A DNA stretch of 64,000 nt. It comes from Octopus sinensis. Taxonomy: Eukaryota. The stretch is from positions 1,612,001 to 1,676,000 of the forward strand of contig NC_043007.1 of assembly GCF_006345805.1 (NCBI RefSeq). Reading direction: 5' to 3'. The notes beneath the pieces were generated by a model. That model saw only the letters and a program-made list of their open reading frames with translations, did not search any database and was not told the origin of the DNA. Position numbers and translations under genes: made by a program. Each line of letters opens with the position of its first letter. Within the stretch, counting starts at the first letter, position 1. Below, in pieces: positions 48,728 to 61,351 of the stretch.

Positions 48728-49829
48728 ATAATGATGATAATAATAATAATAATAATAATAAATGATAACAATTGATTGGCATGGCTGCGTTCCTGCCTTC
48801 TTCCTACTCCAACAGATAAAAGACAGATTAAAGTTATCTGCTTCAATTAATTTGTATCTAAAGAGGAAAAATGGAATCTTGTTTAGATTCAAAACATATA
48901 CCACTTCCGACTTTCGGTGGAGAATATAATTGAGATGATTAATTCAATAAGAACGAACCCTATAGCTATATAATGTTTTTATTACTGGAATTCTTCAGTT
49001 AGCTACAGAGTGTTAGAATATCTCAGGTGGAAATAAATAAATAAATAAACATATAAATAAATAAATTAATAACAAACGGATAAATAAAACCCTTTGGAAA
49101 TTAGAGAATCTAACTAAATTGATTTTTGTCTATTATCTTGTTAGTTCATTAATAAGCAAATTAAATCTTCAGGGCTGAATGGAGTCTTTGTGCACGTGCA
49201 GGCATACTCACACGACACAACACTGACACATACACAAACACATATTCACATACATGTCCTGCTATATAACAGCTTTTTTTGACCTCTATAAACTATAACT
49301 ATTTACAAAACAGTATTTTCCTGAACAATATATATATAAATAACTATATAATATATATTTTAATGATATTTAATCTCCAATTTTAAAGTGAAACTTTTTA
49401 GATATAAACAAATGACTGGAAAATGATGAGCTAACTTCAGGCTGAATCGAACCCACAAATCGACACTTTCATGGCTCCTTGCGAATCTGATTGGCCAAAC
49501 ACTCACCCATCAATTTCAGTCAAATTTAATTAATATATACTTAAACTGTCTGAATACTACAAAGACTCCATAGTAACTTGCTCTCCGTAACTTCAAAGCC
49601 TTTCGGGTTTGTTTATAAAAAATACTATATATATATATATATTAGATAATAAAACAAATGGTTTATACTTGGTTGATTACTGGTAAAGCATGAACTATTT
49701 ATCACCTGAAGAGACACATATACACCGTTGGATGCTCCTGAAACAGTTGTTAAGTATCCCACCCATGAGGAATCAATGCTAGGTGGGTTAAAAAAATCGT
49801 AGTGATTAATAAAAATTCTCATATCTTCC

Positions 49830-50178
49830 ATCTTCTGTCTGGGCCTCATGGAGGCAAGGTGGCCAATGCTGGTGGTACGTGAAAAGCACCTTTGAGTGTT
49901 GGACCTCGCAGAGGTAATGACAAATGACCGAGACATTTGGCATTATGCTATTCTTGAGAAGAAGACCCATCAAGGCTAGTAAAAACACAGTCGTGGCAGA
50001 TACTGGTGTCACACAAATGGCATCCATGCTGCTGGCACAGAAAAGCACCCATTACACTCTCTGAGTGGTTGGCATTAGGAAGGGCATCCAGCTGTAGAAT
50101 CTTTGTCAGATCAGACTGAAGCCTGGTGCAGCCTTCCAGCATGCCAGGCCAGGTGAAACCATCCAACCCATGCCATCA
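49830..50178 (+). mobile_element. RTE LINE ORF2 C-terminus plus 3'UTR
   Basis: LDLAEVMTNDRDIWHYAILEKKTHQG* matches the RTE C-terminal (A.DR..WR) pattern and is followed by the common UTR. Confidence 0.7.
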
Positions 50179-50179
50179 T

Positions 50180-50392
50180 GGGCAACAGACGTTTTTTTCA
50201 TATCACTGGTACAGGTGCCAATTTGCGCAATGTCAGCATCTGCCTCAACTGTGATTTTGCTCAGCTTGATGGGTTCCCTTCTCAAGCATGACATAATGCC
50301 AAAGGTCTTGGTGTTTGCCTCTGTGAGGCCCAACACTCGAAGGAACTCAGCCACTTTACCTCCGTGAGGCCCAATGCTCAAATAATGTGCGT
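50180..50392 (-). mobile_element. RTE ORF-end fragment, inverted relative to the previous copy
   Basis: VLGLTEA...ttgagaagggaacccatcaagc; degenerate SINE M remnants follow at 50420-50585 and 51305-51460. Confidence 0.55.
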
Positions 50393-52096
50393 GTGTGCAT
50401 GTACTTGTATTTGTGTGTGTGATAGGCTTCTGGCACTTTCTCTCTGTCAAGTTCACTCGCAAGTCTTTAGTCATCTGAGGATATAGCTAAAGCCGCTTGT
50501 CCTAGGTGTACTGCTGTGTGGTTGAACCTGGAGCAATGTGTTTGGTAAGCAGACTTGTTAATCACACTGCTTTGCTTGTGTCTATGCAACCAAAACGTCT
50601 ATAACCTCATTGCAAATCACGACCTTATAAATCTCAGCTGTATTAAACAAAAATAAAACATATAAATAGATAATAATTACTAATAAAACAAGAAGCGCTT
50701 TGACAAACTCATTAATTATAATCACTCACATGATTAAACGATAACCACAACCAGCTAAAAATAATTCTTAATAAATGACACTGGCTTACATAAATACATT
50801 AACTGCTAATAAACAAATTATTCGAAAAGGGTTACCTTGAATTAAAAGGATGAGATCATAATGCGTGAAAGTAAAAGAAGAGGGCAGATGATCACCAGAG
50901 TCGATTTGCATACATGCACATGTACGTATGTACGTATGCATCTGCTTTGTCTTAATAGTCAGAAAAATGAGTGCTCAATACCATAGTGGAGATTTTTAAA
51001 ATGTGATTCAGAGCTACATATTTTCATATGTTTGTTCCGTTTTATGTCTGTGTTTCTAAGCCAGCATGGGTCCTGGCAATGTTTTAGTCAGATGCTGTTC
51101 CTGTCTTTAACACTTACCTGTTTTTCAAATAAGGGTTTTGTTATTTGAGTGGGCAATTTATTGATAGGGTAAACGACAACTGCGTCACTTGTTGCAGCTC
51201 AGTGATTCCTGAAGAGGTGCAAATGTAAAGAAACATGCATACACACACACACACACACACTTACATGTGCATGCATGCACAGACACGCATGTATACACAT
51301 ATGTATACAGTGGGCTCTTTCCAGTTTCTGTCTACCAAGGTTTTCGATTGGCCTGAGGCTTTAACAGGAGATATTTTGCCCAATGTGCTGTACGTTGGGA
51401 CTGATCCCAAAACCACCCAGTTGGGAAGTGAGCTTGTGGACCATGCAGCCACTCCTGCAACTCTATGTGTGTGTGTGTGTGTGCATGTTTGTTTTCATTA
51501 GTACTGTTTTGAGAAAGTTTAAATGAGACAATTTCTATATTATCATTGAGAATGCTTAGAAAATTTGAAACAGATTAAATTTATTTAATTGATAAATTTA
51601 ATTTATTTTATTGATAATCTACTTTTTTGTTAAAATCTGTCAAGTTAATTCCTTGTAAGTTAAAATGCATGCCTTTATCTGTCCAACTCTCTCTCTCTCT
51701 CTGCCTCACTCTATCTGTCTGTCCTCCCCCATTCAATCAGTCAATCAATATTTATCACATAACGAACGTAGCATTAAATCTCCTGACAACTCCTAATCAG
51801 TTTCATTCATCAATGGGAGATTATCTCTTATTCTCTTTGAGTGGGGGTGGGGTTGCTAAGCCCAGTCAGCACCAAATGTCAGGTTTAACAGTCTCTGCTG
51901 ATCCATCATAGTGGCCACATATCTCTAACATTGCCAGATCTTCAACTTACAGGATGGCCTTCTCTTCAGGGTCAGCAGTTACTTCACCTTTCAATGACCG
52001 CTGACTTTATAATCATGTGAAAAATGTCTTTCCCATTTCACATATTTAGGACACTGCTCCATCCAAAAGAAGCCCTCTGTCTAATTGACAAACCTT

Positions 52097-52334
52097 ACTT
52101 ATTTCTTTATTGCCCACAACAGGCTAAACACAGAGGGGACAAACAAGGACAGACAAATGGATTAAGTCGATTATATCGACCCCAGTGTGTATAACTGGTA
52201 CTTACTTTATCGACCCCGAAAGGATGAAAGGCAAAGTCGACCTCGGTGGAATTTGAACTCAGAACGTAGTGGCAGACGAAATACTGCTAAGCATTTCGCC
52301 CGGCGTGCTAACGTTTCTGCCAGCTTGCCGCCTT
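52097..52334 (-). mobile_element. SINE family N, full length, 12-bp TSD
   Basis: TSD ttgacaaacctt at 52085 and 52335. Confidence 0.9.
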
Positions 52335-52665
52335 TTGACAAACCTTCAATTACCACCAAAACATCAACATGTCATCAAGCTGTACCCTCCCTACTGTCTC
52401 TACTTTCATTACTACAGGTGTGTCTGCTGATTTGGAATTGGCCTTTGGTGTAATATTCTTGCTTTAGCTTATCTGATTCCCTACCTCACTCTCAGTATCC
52501 CTTCTCCGTATCATCCTTTGTCGGTTTTGCCATCCCAGAATTCCATGCAAAACACTGAACTCAATATTTTACCCTCATGACTGCAGCCAGGTTTCAACTT
52601 GCAGAAGATCAAAACAGGCATTAGTTGCACCAGAGTCACCTATCTAGGAGGGCGTCAACAGGCTA

Positions 52666-52935
52666 TTGGCCCTGAGTCTGTCTTCCTCACACGCGCATCT
52701 GAAAAATGATTCATGGTTGAATTTCATATCAAAATACATCAAAATGGAAACGGATCCGATAAAATTCAAATGTTCACTGGATAAATTTCTTCCAGAACTC
52801 CCAGACCAACCTCCTACACCCTCATGTGTCTCCACCAATAACTCTTTACTATAGTGGGCCATGGTGCCCCCATATGTGACTGAAAGACTTGACCAGGTGG
52901 TGCTATTGAGTTAGACATGGCCTGGGCCTATACTG
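52666..52935 (+). mobile_element. CR1/L2-like LINE 3' fragment
   Basis: ...KYIKMETDPIKFKCSLDKFLPELPDQPPTPSCVSTNNSLL* then UTR ...catggcc...gactgaaacctatcaaagt. Confidence 0.75.
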
Positions 52936-52963
52936 ACTGAAACCTATCAAAGTTATATATATA

Positions 52964-53037
<74 letters not shown>

Positions 53038-53057
53038 GTTTATGTGTATAATACATG

Positions 53058-53098
<41 letters not shown>

Positions 53099-53156
53099 AT
53101 GATGATGATGATGATATATATATATGTACATGTGTGTATAAATATATGTATATATA

Positions 53157-53368
53157 TAAAGTTAATCCAAATATGAAAACACAAAGAGGAAACACAACAA
53201 CACGAGGACGTGGAACAAATATAGTGTTATTGGACGCTCAGGAAGGAAGGGAAGAAGGAGGGTTGTTTTATGTTTTGAGCGGAGCTCTTCGTCAGAAACA
53301 TAGGAAATAGAAAGATCCAGAGAAGGGAAGATGGAGGAAAAAAATCGCCAACGGTTCACATGTGGTCA
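53157..53368 (-). mobile_element. Penelope-like element terminal-repeat remnant
   Basis: Non-microsatellite insert within (TA)n that contains a hammerhead motif. Confidence 0.5.
53264..53300 (-). ncRNA. Type I hammerhead ribozyme relic (second family)
   Basis: tgttt CTGACGA a gagc-tcc-gctc AAAA ca ta|aaaca. Stems I and II are perfect; GAAA is mutated to AAAA. Confidence 0.6.
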
Positions 53369-53398
53369 TATATATATATATATATATATGTATGTACA

Positions 53399-53431
<33 letters not shown>

Positions 53432-53548
53432 GTACATGTATGTATGTGTGTGTGTATATATATAAATTTGTACATGTATGTATGTGTGTGTGTGTATATA
53501 TATATATGTACATATATATACATATATATATATGTATATATATGCATT

Positions 53549-53579
<31 letters not shown>

Positions 53580-55435
53580 GTAGATATTCCCCCTCTCCCC
53601 CCACTCATGTAAATGTATACATTATATCCGTACACTCTAAAACAATGATGTCAGTTTGTTCACATACGAGGTAGGATACGTTGACAGGATAAAAGCGTCT
53701 CACGTTTAATTCTACTAAAAACATTTCCTTGTATCTCCAAGTTAGATGCTTAATTCTCTTTACCTCAGTCCATTTCATTTCAGTTGTCGTTTAACTTCTC
53801 ATCACGTTGGATCGAGACATAAAAGATTTAGGTTGGCAGTCGGCAATATATACATATATGTTGTTGAGCCAGTATTTCATCTGTAAGCGTCTTGTTTCTT
53901 CCTTTCTTTCCTTTTTATTTTCCAATAATAGTGTATCTAAATCTCCATTTATCTTGTGTGTCTTCCCTCTTTCTAAGACAATAATTTGTCAGCAGAAGGA
54001 AAATGCAACTGCAAATTATAACCACTGGAGCAATTCCTTAGTGACTCCTTCATTGGTTCGACTTACTGCTTAATGTGAATATATAACAGAGCTTTGAGAG
54101 ATTAATTTCACTCCAGTGGAATATCTAAAATGTAGATTTACCATAATACAATGAAACAAAGTCAGAGCTTGAAAATCTGTATAAGAGCTCCCTGGTGACA
54201 TTTGCATTATATACATATATACACATGTATAAACTGTTAAATACTTGCTGCATCTCTGCTTGCCTTCACAATACTTTTGTCTCTAATTTTATTCATTCAC
54301 TCTCTGCCATTGTCTTACGTAAAATCCTTGTCTTCTCTTTTCCTTCGTTATATTTCTTTATCAACTTTAAAAATATCTCCTTTTGCAGACAACTGTGTAT
54401 AATGAACATAGAATGGTTCCAAGAAGCATAATGGAAACATCCTTTTGTTCCGCAAATGCCCCTGTTTTCTAATGTACTGATTGTAAAGGCTCTCCAGTTC
54501 TGTTATCATTCATTCCGTCATTCGCTTATTCTTTTCATTCATATTTATTGCTCTCGTTCAGAAATATGTGGTTTTAGATATCAATACTACTGAAGGATTC
54601 TTTTTTTTTTTAAATAGATCCAATGGCAATCCTTTATTGAATATACATGGTTTTGTGTTGTCATTCTCAATATGCTTATGGCAATGTTGTGCTTCTTTGT
54701 CTCCACTTGTGCCAAAAAAGAAAAAAAATCCAAACACACCTCCTCCTTTAAAACAATGCATAACATTAGAAACACAAGCTATAGATTATAGATATTAGAA
54801 AACTAAGAACAACTGCTGTGAAGGTTTAACTAGTCCTAAATAACAATCGAAAGAATATGATTTGAATTTTTCTTTTGTCTTTACTCAAATCAATGTTTCG
54901 TATTATATTTTCAATTTGAAACTTCAAACAATAACGAGATTCAGTCTTTTGTTTCTGCTCTCTGCCATTTGATTTCTCTCTCATTCATTTACTTTCTATC
55001 TCACACACACACACACACACGCATGCATGCATTCATTGTTGCATGCTTTAGTGACAATCTAGCTAAGCTAGAGTTTTGCAGGAAAATAAATCAACCAATT
55101 CATTGGCACGTTGCAGTTTGCAAGGGTAACGGTAAAGATATACTTTCCTCAAACTTGAAGTGTAAATTTGTTTTTGTTTGCTACGTGTCAGTGGTGGAGC
55201 TTTGTATCTTTGTTAGAAACCAGCTCCTTTCTCAGAGGAAGAATCGAAATAATTAAAAACAGAAGAGGACATACATGCATTTCATATGTGTATACACACA
55301 CACACACATAATGGAAAAAATTATACAAAAATATATAAAAATGTATAGTTAGATGGTCAGCAAAGCACCAGCACAGTTTAGGTTGCCTGTCGTTATCCAT
55401 AAATTTACTTCCATCTCCTGCTTTATTAATACCAT

Positions 55436-55815
55436 CATCATCATCATCATCAACATCGTGTAAGGATGCCCTTCCTTTCACCATCCACTCTGAGAGTGTT
55501 GTGGGTGCTTTTTATGTGCTACCAGCACAAGGGCCAGTGAGGCAGTACTGGCATCGACCACAATCGAATGGTCCGTTTTATATATCTTATCTGGTAGTGT
55601 TTCTACAGCTGGATGTCCTTCCTAACGCCAACCACTCTGAGAGTGTAGTGGGTGCTTTGTATGCGCCACTTGTATGAGGGCCAGTCAGGTGGTACTGGCA
55701 TCAACCACACTTGAATGGTGCTTTTTACATGCCACCAGCATGATACCCCCCCCCACATATATATATATATATACATATATAAAACTGTTCCATCCAACCC
55801 ATGCCAGCATGGTAA
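55436..55815. mobile_element. Rearranged RTE-UTR fragments (two minus-strand pieces plus a short plus-strand tail)
   Basis: ccactctgagagtgt.gtgggtgcttt occurs twice; catccaacccatgccagcatgg at 55791. Confidence 0.6.
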
Positions 55816-56109
55816 AAGGGATACTAAAAGATATGGCTGTTGTTTCAGGTTTAAACTTTGTTAGTTTTCTTTTTAGATATCTTTGTATGAATTCTTTACA
55901 TTATGTTTGTGACAGTAATGTTTCATACATGCCTCCTCCTCCTTAATGCTTCTAGATTTCCTCAGTTTCATCATCAGGATGTGGAATATTATCAGTATAC
56001 GTAACTGCCTATTTTACAGAAGGGTCTACTCATATTGGGTATCCTTGTAAATTCAGTTGTATAACTGTGTGTGTATGTGTGTGCATGTATGCATGCACAT
56101 ACACACACA

Positions 56110-56179
<70 letters not shown>

Positions 56180-56218
56180 CACAAACACTGATACACATGT
56201 GGATGTTATGCATGTGTC

Positions 56219-56673
56219 CAGGGCTGGATTAAGACCCATAGAGGCCCTAAGAACACTTGAAAGGTTTTGGTGCCTCCAAGTATATGTAAATGGTTCAAAA
56301 TGGAAACAGAAATAATTTAAAATGTAAACAATAATAAACCATAAAATAAATTCTTATTTTTCAAAATGAAGCAAAAATAACGGTAAGATGGAGAACAATG
56401 TTTATTTTTGTACACTTCCATTTTATTTATATTTGGAAAGTTTTCTCCAACATTTGTTTTTTCATTTGCAAAGACTGTGATGATTTTGTTACAATTAATT
56501 TTTCATAAAACTTCTGCTTCTATACTTAATAGAGATAAGACATCACGAACATTATTTTAGCAAGTTGAAAACGATTTCTTTTGTGCCGTAGACCATTTTC
56601 ATTTCTGTGGTGCCTCCTATCCCTTGATGCCTGAAGCGTGTGCTTATTTTGCTTAATGCTTAATCCAGCACTT
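56219..56673 (-). mobile_element. hAT-type internally deleted element retaining the transposase C-terminus
   Basis: TIRs cagggctggattaag / cttaatccagcactt (13/15); minus strand RDVLSLLSIEAEVL*KINCNKIITVFANEK resembles the hAT dimerisation domain; TSD not seen. Confidence 0.7.
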
Positions 56674-56994
56674 TGTGTATTGATGTGTATGTGAATATAC
56701 AATTTGAAGAAAGCTTTGTTTTAAACGTAAAGCAAGTGATTGGTTGGTTACAGTGTTTTAAAAATAAGTTTTAAACCAAAGCAAACTTAGCCTAAATTCT
56801 TAATCCAATGCATGCAAGAATCTCTCAGGTTATTTTGGGGTTTAAAGGAAGATTTTAAGTTTATATCCACAAAAAAATAAGTTTAGATTTCTGAGGAAGT
56901 TTGTGTTTTTTTCTCTACATAATGTAAATAGCCACAAAAATAAGATATATCCAGAGGTATTTTTAATTCATATTAAAATCTGGTAAGTATATAT

Positions 56995-56996
56995 GG

Positions 56997-57061
<65 letters not shown>

Positions 57062-57480
57062 CACACATGCACACATGGTGGTTAACAAACCATAAATTTA
57101 TATTTTGCTATGCTTATCTATGTATATAAACATGTGTGTGTGTTTATATGCACACGCATTCACACACACACATGCATGGGTGTACACACATACACATATA
57201 TTTGCATGCATGTGTGTGTGCACTTGTATATACATGCACACCCATGTATGTGTATATATATATATATATATATATGCATGTATATGTGTGTGCATATATA
57301 TATATGTATGTATGTGTGTATATATGTATATGTATATATATATGTATATATGTATGTGTGTATATATATATGTATATGTGTATATATGTATGTGTATATA
57401 TGTATATGTGTGTATATATATATATATATACATACACACACACACACTGACACATGTGTATGTGCAATCACACACACATA
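56995..57480. repeat. Compound (TA)/(TG)/(CA) microsatellite; pure (CA)n also at 56095-56175
   Basis: Directly visible. Confidence 0.9.
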
Positions 57481-59229
57481 TACACCCACATGCATATTAT
57501 ATATGTAGGTATGGTAAAAAAGAGATCATTAATCAGTATTATATATTGTGTGTGTGTGTGGTTGTTTGTATACATTATTGTAGCCAACGCATGTCTCTTT
57601 AATTATCCATTATAAATATTTATTGTTATTGATCAATCTTGCCAACGCGATTATAAGCTGTGTATTGCTCGTTGCAGGAAAAAAACACGAAAAAACCCCC
57701 AAAATAAAAGAAAATTTAAAAAATAACCCGAAAACCCCAAAATCTGAAAAACGAACAAAACAAACCTTACTCGCGAAATACTTGCACCATAACTGCATGC
57801 AATGATGTATTAACAATGATATCGTTTTATAGCTTGGTTAATCAATTATTGAATACACAAACGAGAAAGCGATATGTCTTGTATGCAATGTTTTTATCAA
57901 AAGGTATGAATCTGAATTACCAGGTGTGTTTCCTTTTTCTTTACCTGTTTCTCCTTCTTCCCCTTAATTGCAAATACAGGTAAAGAAAGAAGAATAATGG
58001 TAGGAAATCAACAACAAAGAATCTCTTGGTCTGTCTAGTTTGACACTATACACATACTGGGTATTTTTCTGGCGTTTTTTTTTTTATTTTATTGCATTTT
58101 TGTGATTTTTCTTCTTTACCTGATATAATCCAAACAAGCTGTAACTGCTAACTCTTCCAAGTAAACATTAATTACATTAACGACTCTCGAAACAGCTTTC
58201 TATTCTGCTCTTAGCAGATCCACACTTGCTGTTTGTATCAGAGTCAAAAACAAAAGGGAAAAGATATATATATATTTTGATAGGAATACACACCACATGC
58301 TTATTGTCTAATGCAAGTCTAAAGTTTTGTTGATATTGCAGTATATTTGCTCGCATTTTCTTCAAGATGTTAATAAGGGAATGGTAAATTGGTTAAGGAG
58401 CTTGTTAGACACTGTATCGCCATTTAATAGAAATATACAGCGCAGTTGGAATTGCCAAACGGATATGGCATTGAACTATTACATCCTGCTTATAAACCTT
58501 GATTTCAGATCCCCCTAAAAATAAACTTATCTGTGTGTTGAGAAAGAATGCTGGATTCTCTATTGTTTTGATTTGGTAAGCCTTTGGGAATAGGCAGCAG
58601 CTCATCTGTAAATGTTATTTGCACTAGATTTTGTACCTCATCCAGGAAAATATTTACCTCTCTCCTACTTTGTGTACTGGAAAAGGAAGTGGACACTGCC
58701 CTCCTTAAAAGCTTTTGTATTTTTACAATTAAAAACATACACCATCGTGGTGAATGCTGTCTTGGTGTAAAACAGAAAATCGAAATTGTTATGTTGTTGA
58801 GGGTGAGTGAATAACTACAAGATAGTTGTAAAGGTGTTCCCAAAAGGATAGTGATGAATTGAGAAATAAAAGGGGTACTGGGTAAAGATATAAAGTGCCC
58901 TTGTAAAATAAATAAGAGGAAAACCTGGGGTAACGGTTGATATCAATGTAGTTTAGAGTTCCCTAAATTTCTTTGGTTACCAAGCACTTCATGAAGTTAT
59001 TGATCACTTGTTAACCTCATGCATGTATAAAGAGATAAAATAATATATTAGAAAAATATATATAGAGATGTACAGCTGTGTGTGTATTCATTTTTATGTT
59101 TTGTTTTCCCATGTTAGTATGGGTCCTTAGAGACTATTCTATCAAATTTGTTGAAAAAATGCAGAAGCTGCAAGAAAAATAACATCATTATGGGAATTTC
59201 CATTCCAATGCCTGATTGAGCTCACAAAA

Positions 59230-59392
59230 ATCAATGCTAACTGAGCATCAAGTTTTCAAAAAATTCCGGCCTTATTTGAACTTCAGGGCATGTGATCCAC
59301 TTATGTACCAAAATTCACTAAAATCGGTTGGACAGTGTGGGAGGATTGGAGTAACCCCACCCCACACACCATTACACATTTATGTATATAGA
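59230..59392 (-). mobile_element. Helitron-like 5' fragment
   Basis: A|TCtatatacataaatgtg...ccaaccgattttagtgaattttggtaca. Confidence 0.45.
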
Positions 59393-60189
59393 TTTATCTT
59401 TCAGATTTATGTATTTTTTCTACAGCCAAATGCTCTTTCTTTAAAGCATGGAAGTCAGTGCTTTATTTCTTGGCACCAGCTGGACTATAGTATACTCTTG
59501 ACCTTATATTAGTTGTTATATACCTTTAAACCCAAGGTGATCAATCAAATCAAATCTTTATCTTTCAAATCTCCCATATGCAGACTGAGCTACCTCTACA
59601 CATTAGTGATGCCAATATTTTACTCTTGTTATATTGTAAGAGGTTGATTTCAATACAGAATCTCTGTAATTACATTCTGTTTGAGAAGAGACCAAAATGT
59701 ATTCAATTATATATTTTGATATGATATGAAACAGTGATTATATTTATAAAGAAAAACAGAGAAATAACCTCAAAGGTTAAACAGGCGCTTCTGACACCGA
59801 ATCTTTTTGGCACCAATGTACAATAACTAAATATTGGTTGCTATGAGAAGACGAATGAAAATAGTTTAAGTTTCATATTGCTGCTGTTGTTCAGTGATGA
59901 TGGGGACATAAGCAAGATTTACCTTCAGGGTTGCATACACATGGTAGATTAATGCCAGTTCTTTCTGGTGTAAGAAAATTATTCTGTATAATGTGTTACT
60001 TTAGAAAGAGTAAGATTTGATTTAGAAATCCTCTTGGAATCAAAAACATACAAGAACTAATACAAAATCAGGAGGGTTCCGCAGCACTGTTGGCTGCAGG
60101 ATACAAAGCATCCAGTTGATGGTGTAAAAGGAATTGGTAATAAGAAAGGTATTTGGCACTACTTATTACCACCACCACCTGAAAAAGAA

Positions 60190-60702
60190 GGAACATGTGC
60201 ATAACATACAAAGGTTAACAAAAATAAAATGGTGGGTAGGATGATAGAGATGTGGCCCTCCTGATACAGGAAAGCCTCTAGGGATAATCGAGGGACCCCA
60301 CTGTCCAAGATTTTTCTGAAACCCTAGCAGCAAGTGCTCTCTCCAGTTCCATTTTTCTGACTCGCAGGTCTACACTTAAAGAGGTTCCATCCACTGTTGC
60401 CATTTTTGCAACTTTCACCCATCTATCAATAAACTTACTCGAAGATAGCACTTCCCTCTCTCCACTCTCAATTTCCTTTTCAAGTGAAACTTTAAGAAGT
60501 CAATGTGACCTCTACCAAAGAGGAATGTATCTGTTCTCATGCTTTTCAGCCTTGTTCACCAGACAACCTCTTTAGCCACAGCCACCATGTAAAGGAAAAC
60601 TGCCTTGCCTTTAGGATTGAAGGAGGATGGCAGTGCAATCATCAGTACAGACTTGGCCGACAGATGGATCTGTCCCACACATGACAGCAGCTGTTCGACA
60701 AG
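60190..60702 (-). mobile_element. L1/Tx1-like LINE ORF2 C-terminal fragment
   Basis: LVEQLLSCVGQIHLSAKSV...VAVAKEVVW*TRLK...FLKFHLKRKLRVER/EVLSSSKFIDRWVKVAKM; the AK..VW..R pattern is typical of Tx1-like C-termini; one stop and one frameshift. Confidence 0.65.
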
Positions 60703-60736
60703 TCAGTGATTTTGATGCAACAACAATAATTTCAAA

Positions 60737-60915
60737 TTTTAGCTCAAGGCCAGCAATTTTTGGGGTGGGGGCTCGTTGAGTACATCAACCCCAGTGCATA
60801 ACTGGTACTTATTTTATTGACCCTGAATGGATAAAAGACAAAGTTGACATTCGCGGAACTTGAACTCGGAATATAAAGATGCCCAGCAACCTAATGATTC
60901 TGCCAGCTCACTACC
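60737..60915 (-). mobile_element. SINE family N (degenerate)
   Basis: catcaaccccagtgcataactggtactt...gaacttgaactcgg...ctgccagctcactacc. Confidence 0.7.
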
Positions 60916-60933
60916 ATAATAATAATAATAATA

Positions 60934-61077
60934 CTAGGCATTGTACACATTCTATGTAAAATACTTTCAATACAGTAACAATAAGAGCATCACAACAAAT
61001 CACAGCACATACTCAAGGTACACAGAGCTGCACTCGGTAGTGAAGTGAAAGCACGTGATAAAAATAAGTCTACTGAA
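60934..61077 (+). mobile_element. R4/Dong LINE extreme 3' fragment in (TAA)n
   Basis: LGIVHILCKILSIQ* (cf. LGTAHILRK motif) plus a UTR ending tactg(aat)n. Confidence 0.65.
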
Positions 61078-61096
61078 TAATAATAATAATGAAGTA

Positions 61097-61351
61097 CCTG
61101 ATGCAGTACCCTGATGCAGTACCAGGTAGTGACTCTCATGGCTTCTGATCTTGACTGATTGGAAGTGTTATCATGTACATTGTTTTGTCTTGGTATAAAA
61201 GATGGGCTACAGTAAATATTCTGCTCAATACCACAGATTTGCTTGTCAGTTGTTTGATCTTAACCAGTTGAACATGTCCCTTAGTGGCTGACAATATGTG
61301 CATCTCTGATCACGAGCAGAAGTGGTTGGGGGTGCATCATAGCCATGTGTT
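61097..61351. mobile_element. Partial copy of the unclassified 25155-25709 repeat
   Basis: Reverse-complement match; terminal 13-nt cctgatgcagtac is duplicated. Confidence 0.85.

Larger units (their letters stand above)
52955..53580. repeat. (TA)n-rich compound microsatellite hosting a PLE-like remnant
   Basis: Directly visible. Confidence 0.9.

Noticed and set aside
49180-49571. 13-bp inverted repeat atggagtctttgt / acaaagactccat
   Set aside because: It does not extend, there is no TSD, and it is compatible with chance.
50625-50870. Partial matches to miR-216 (aatctcagctg) and bantam (tgagatcat) 5' ends
   Set aside because: Only the seed region matches, and there is no precursor hairpin.
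51900-52630. GEVTADPEEKAIL motif (minus strand) resembling a CR1/L2 ORF2 linker
   Set aside because: A single short motif in heavily degraded sequence; the frame could not be extended.
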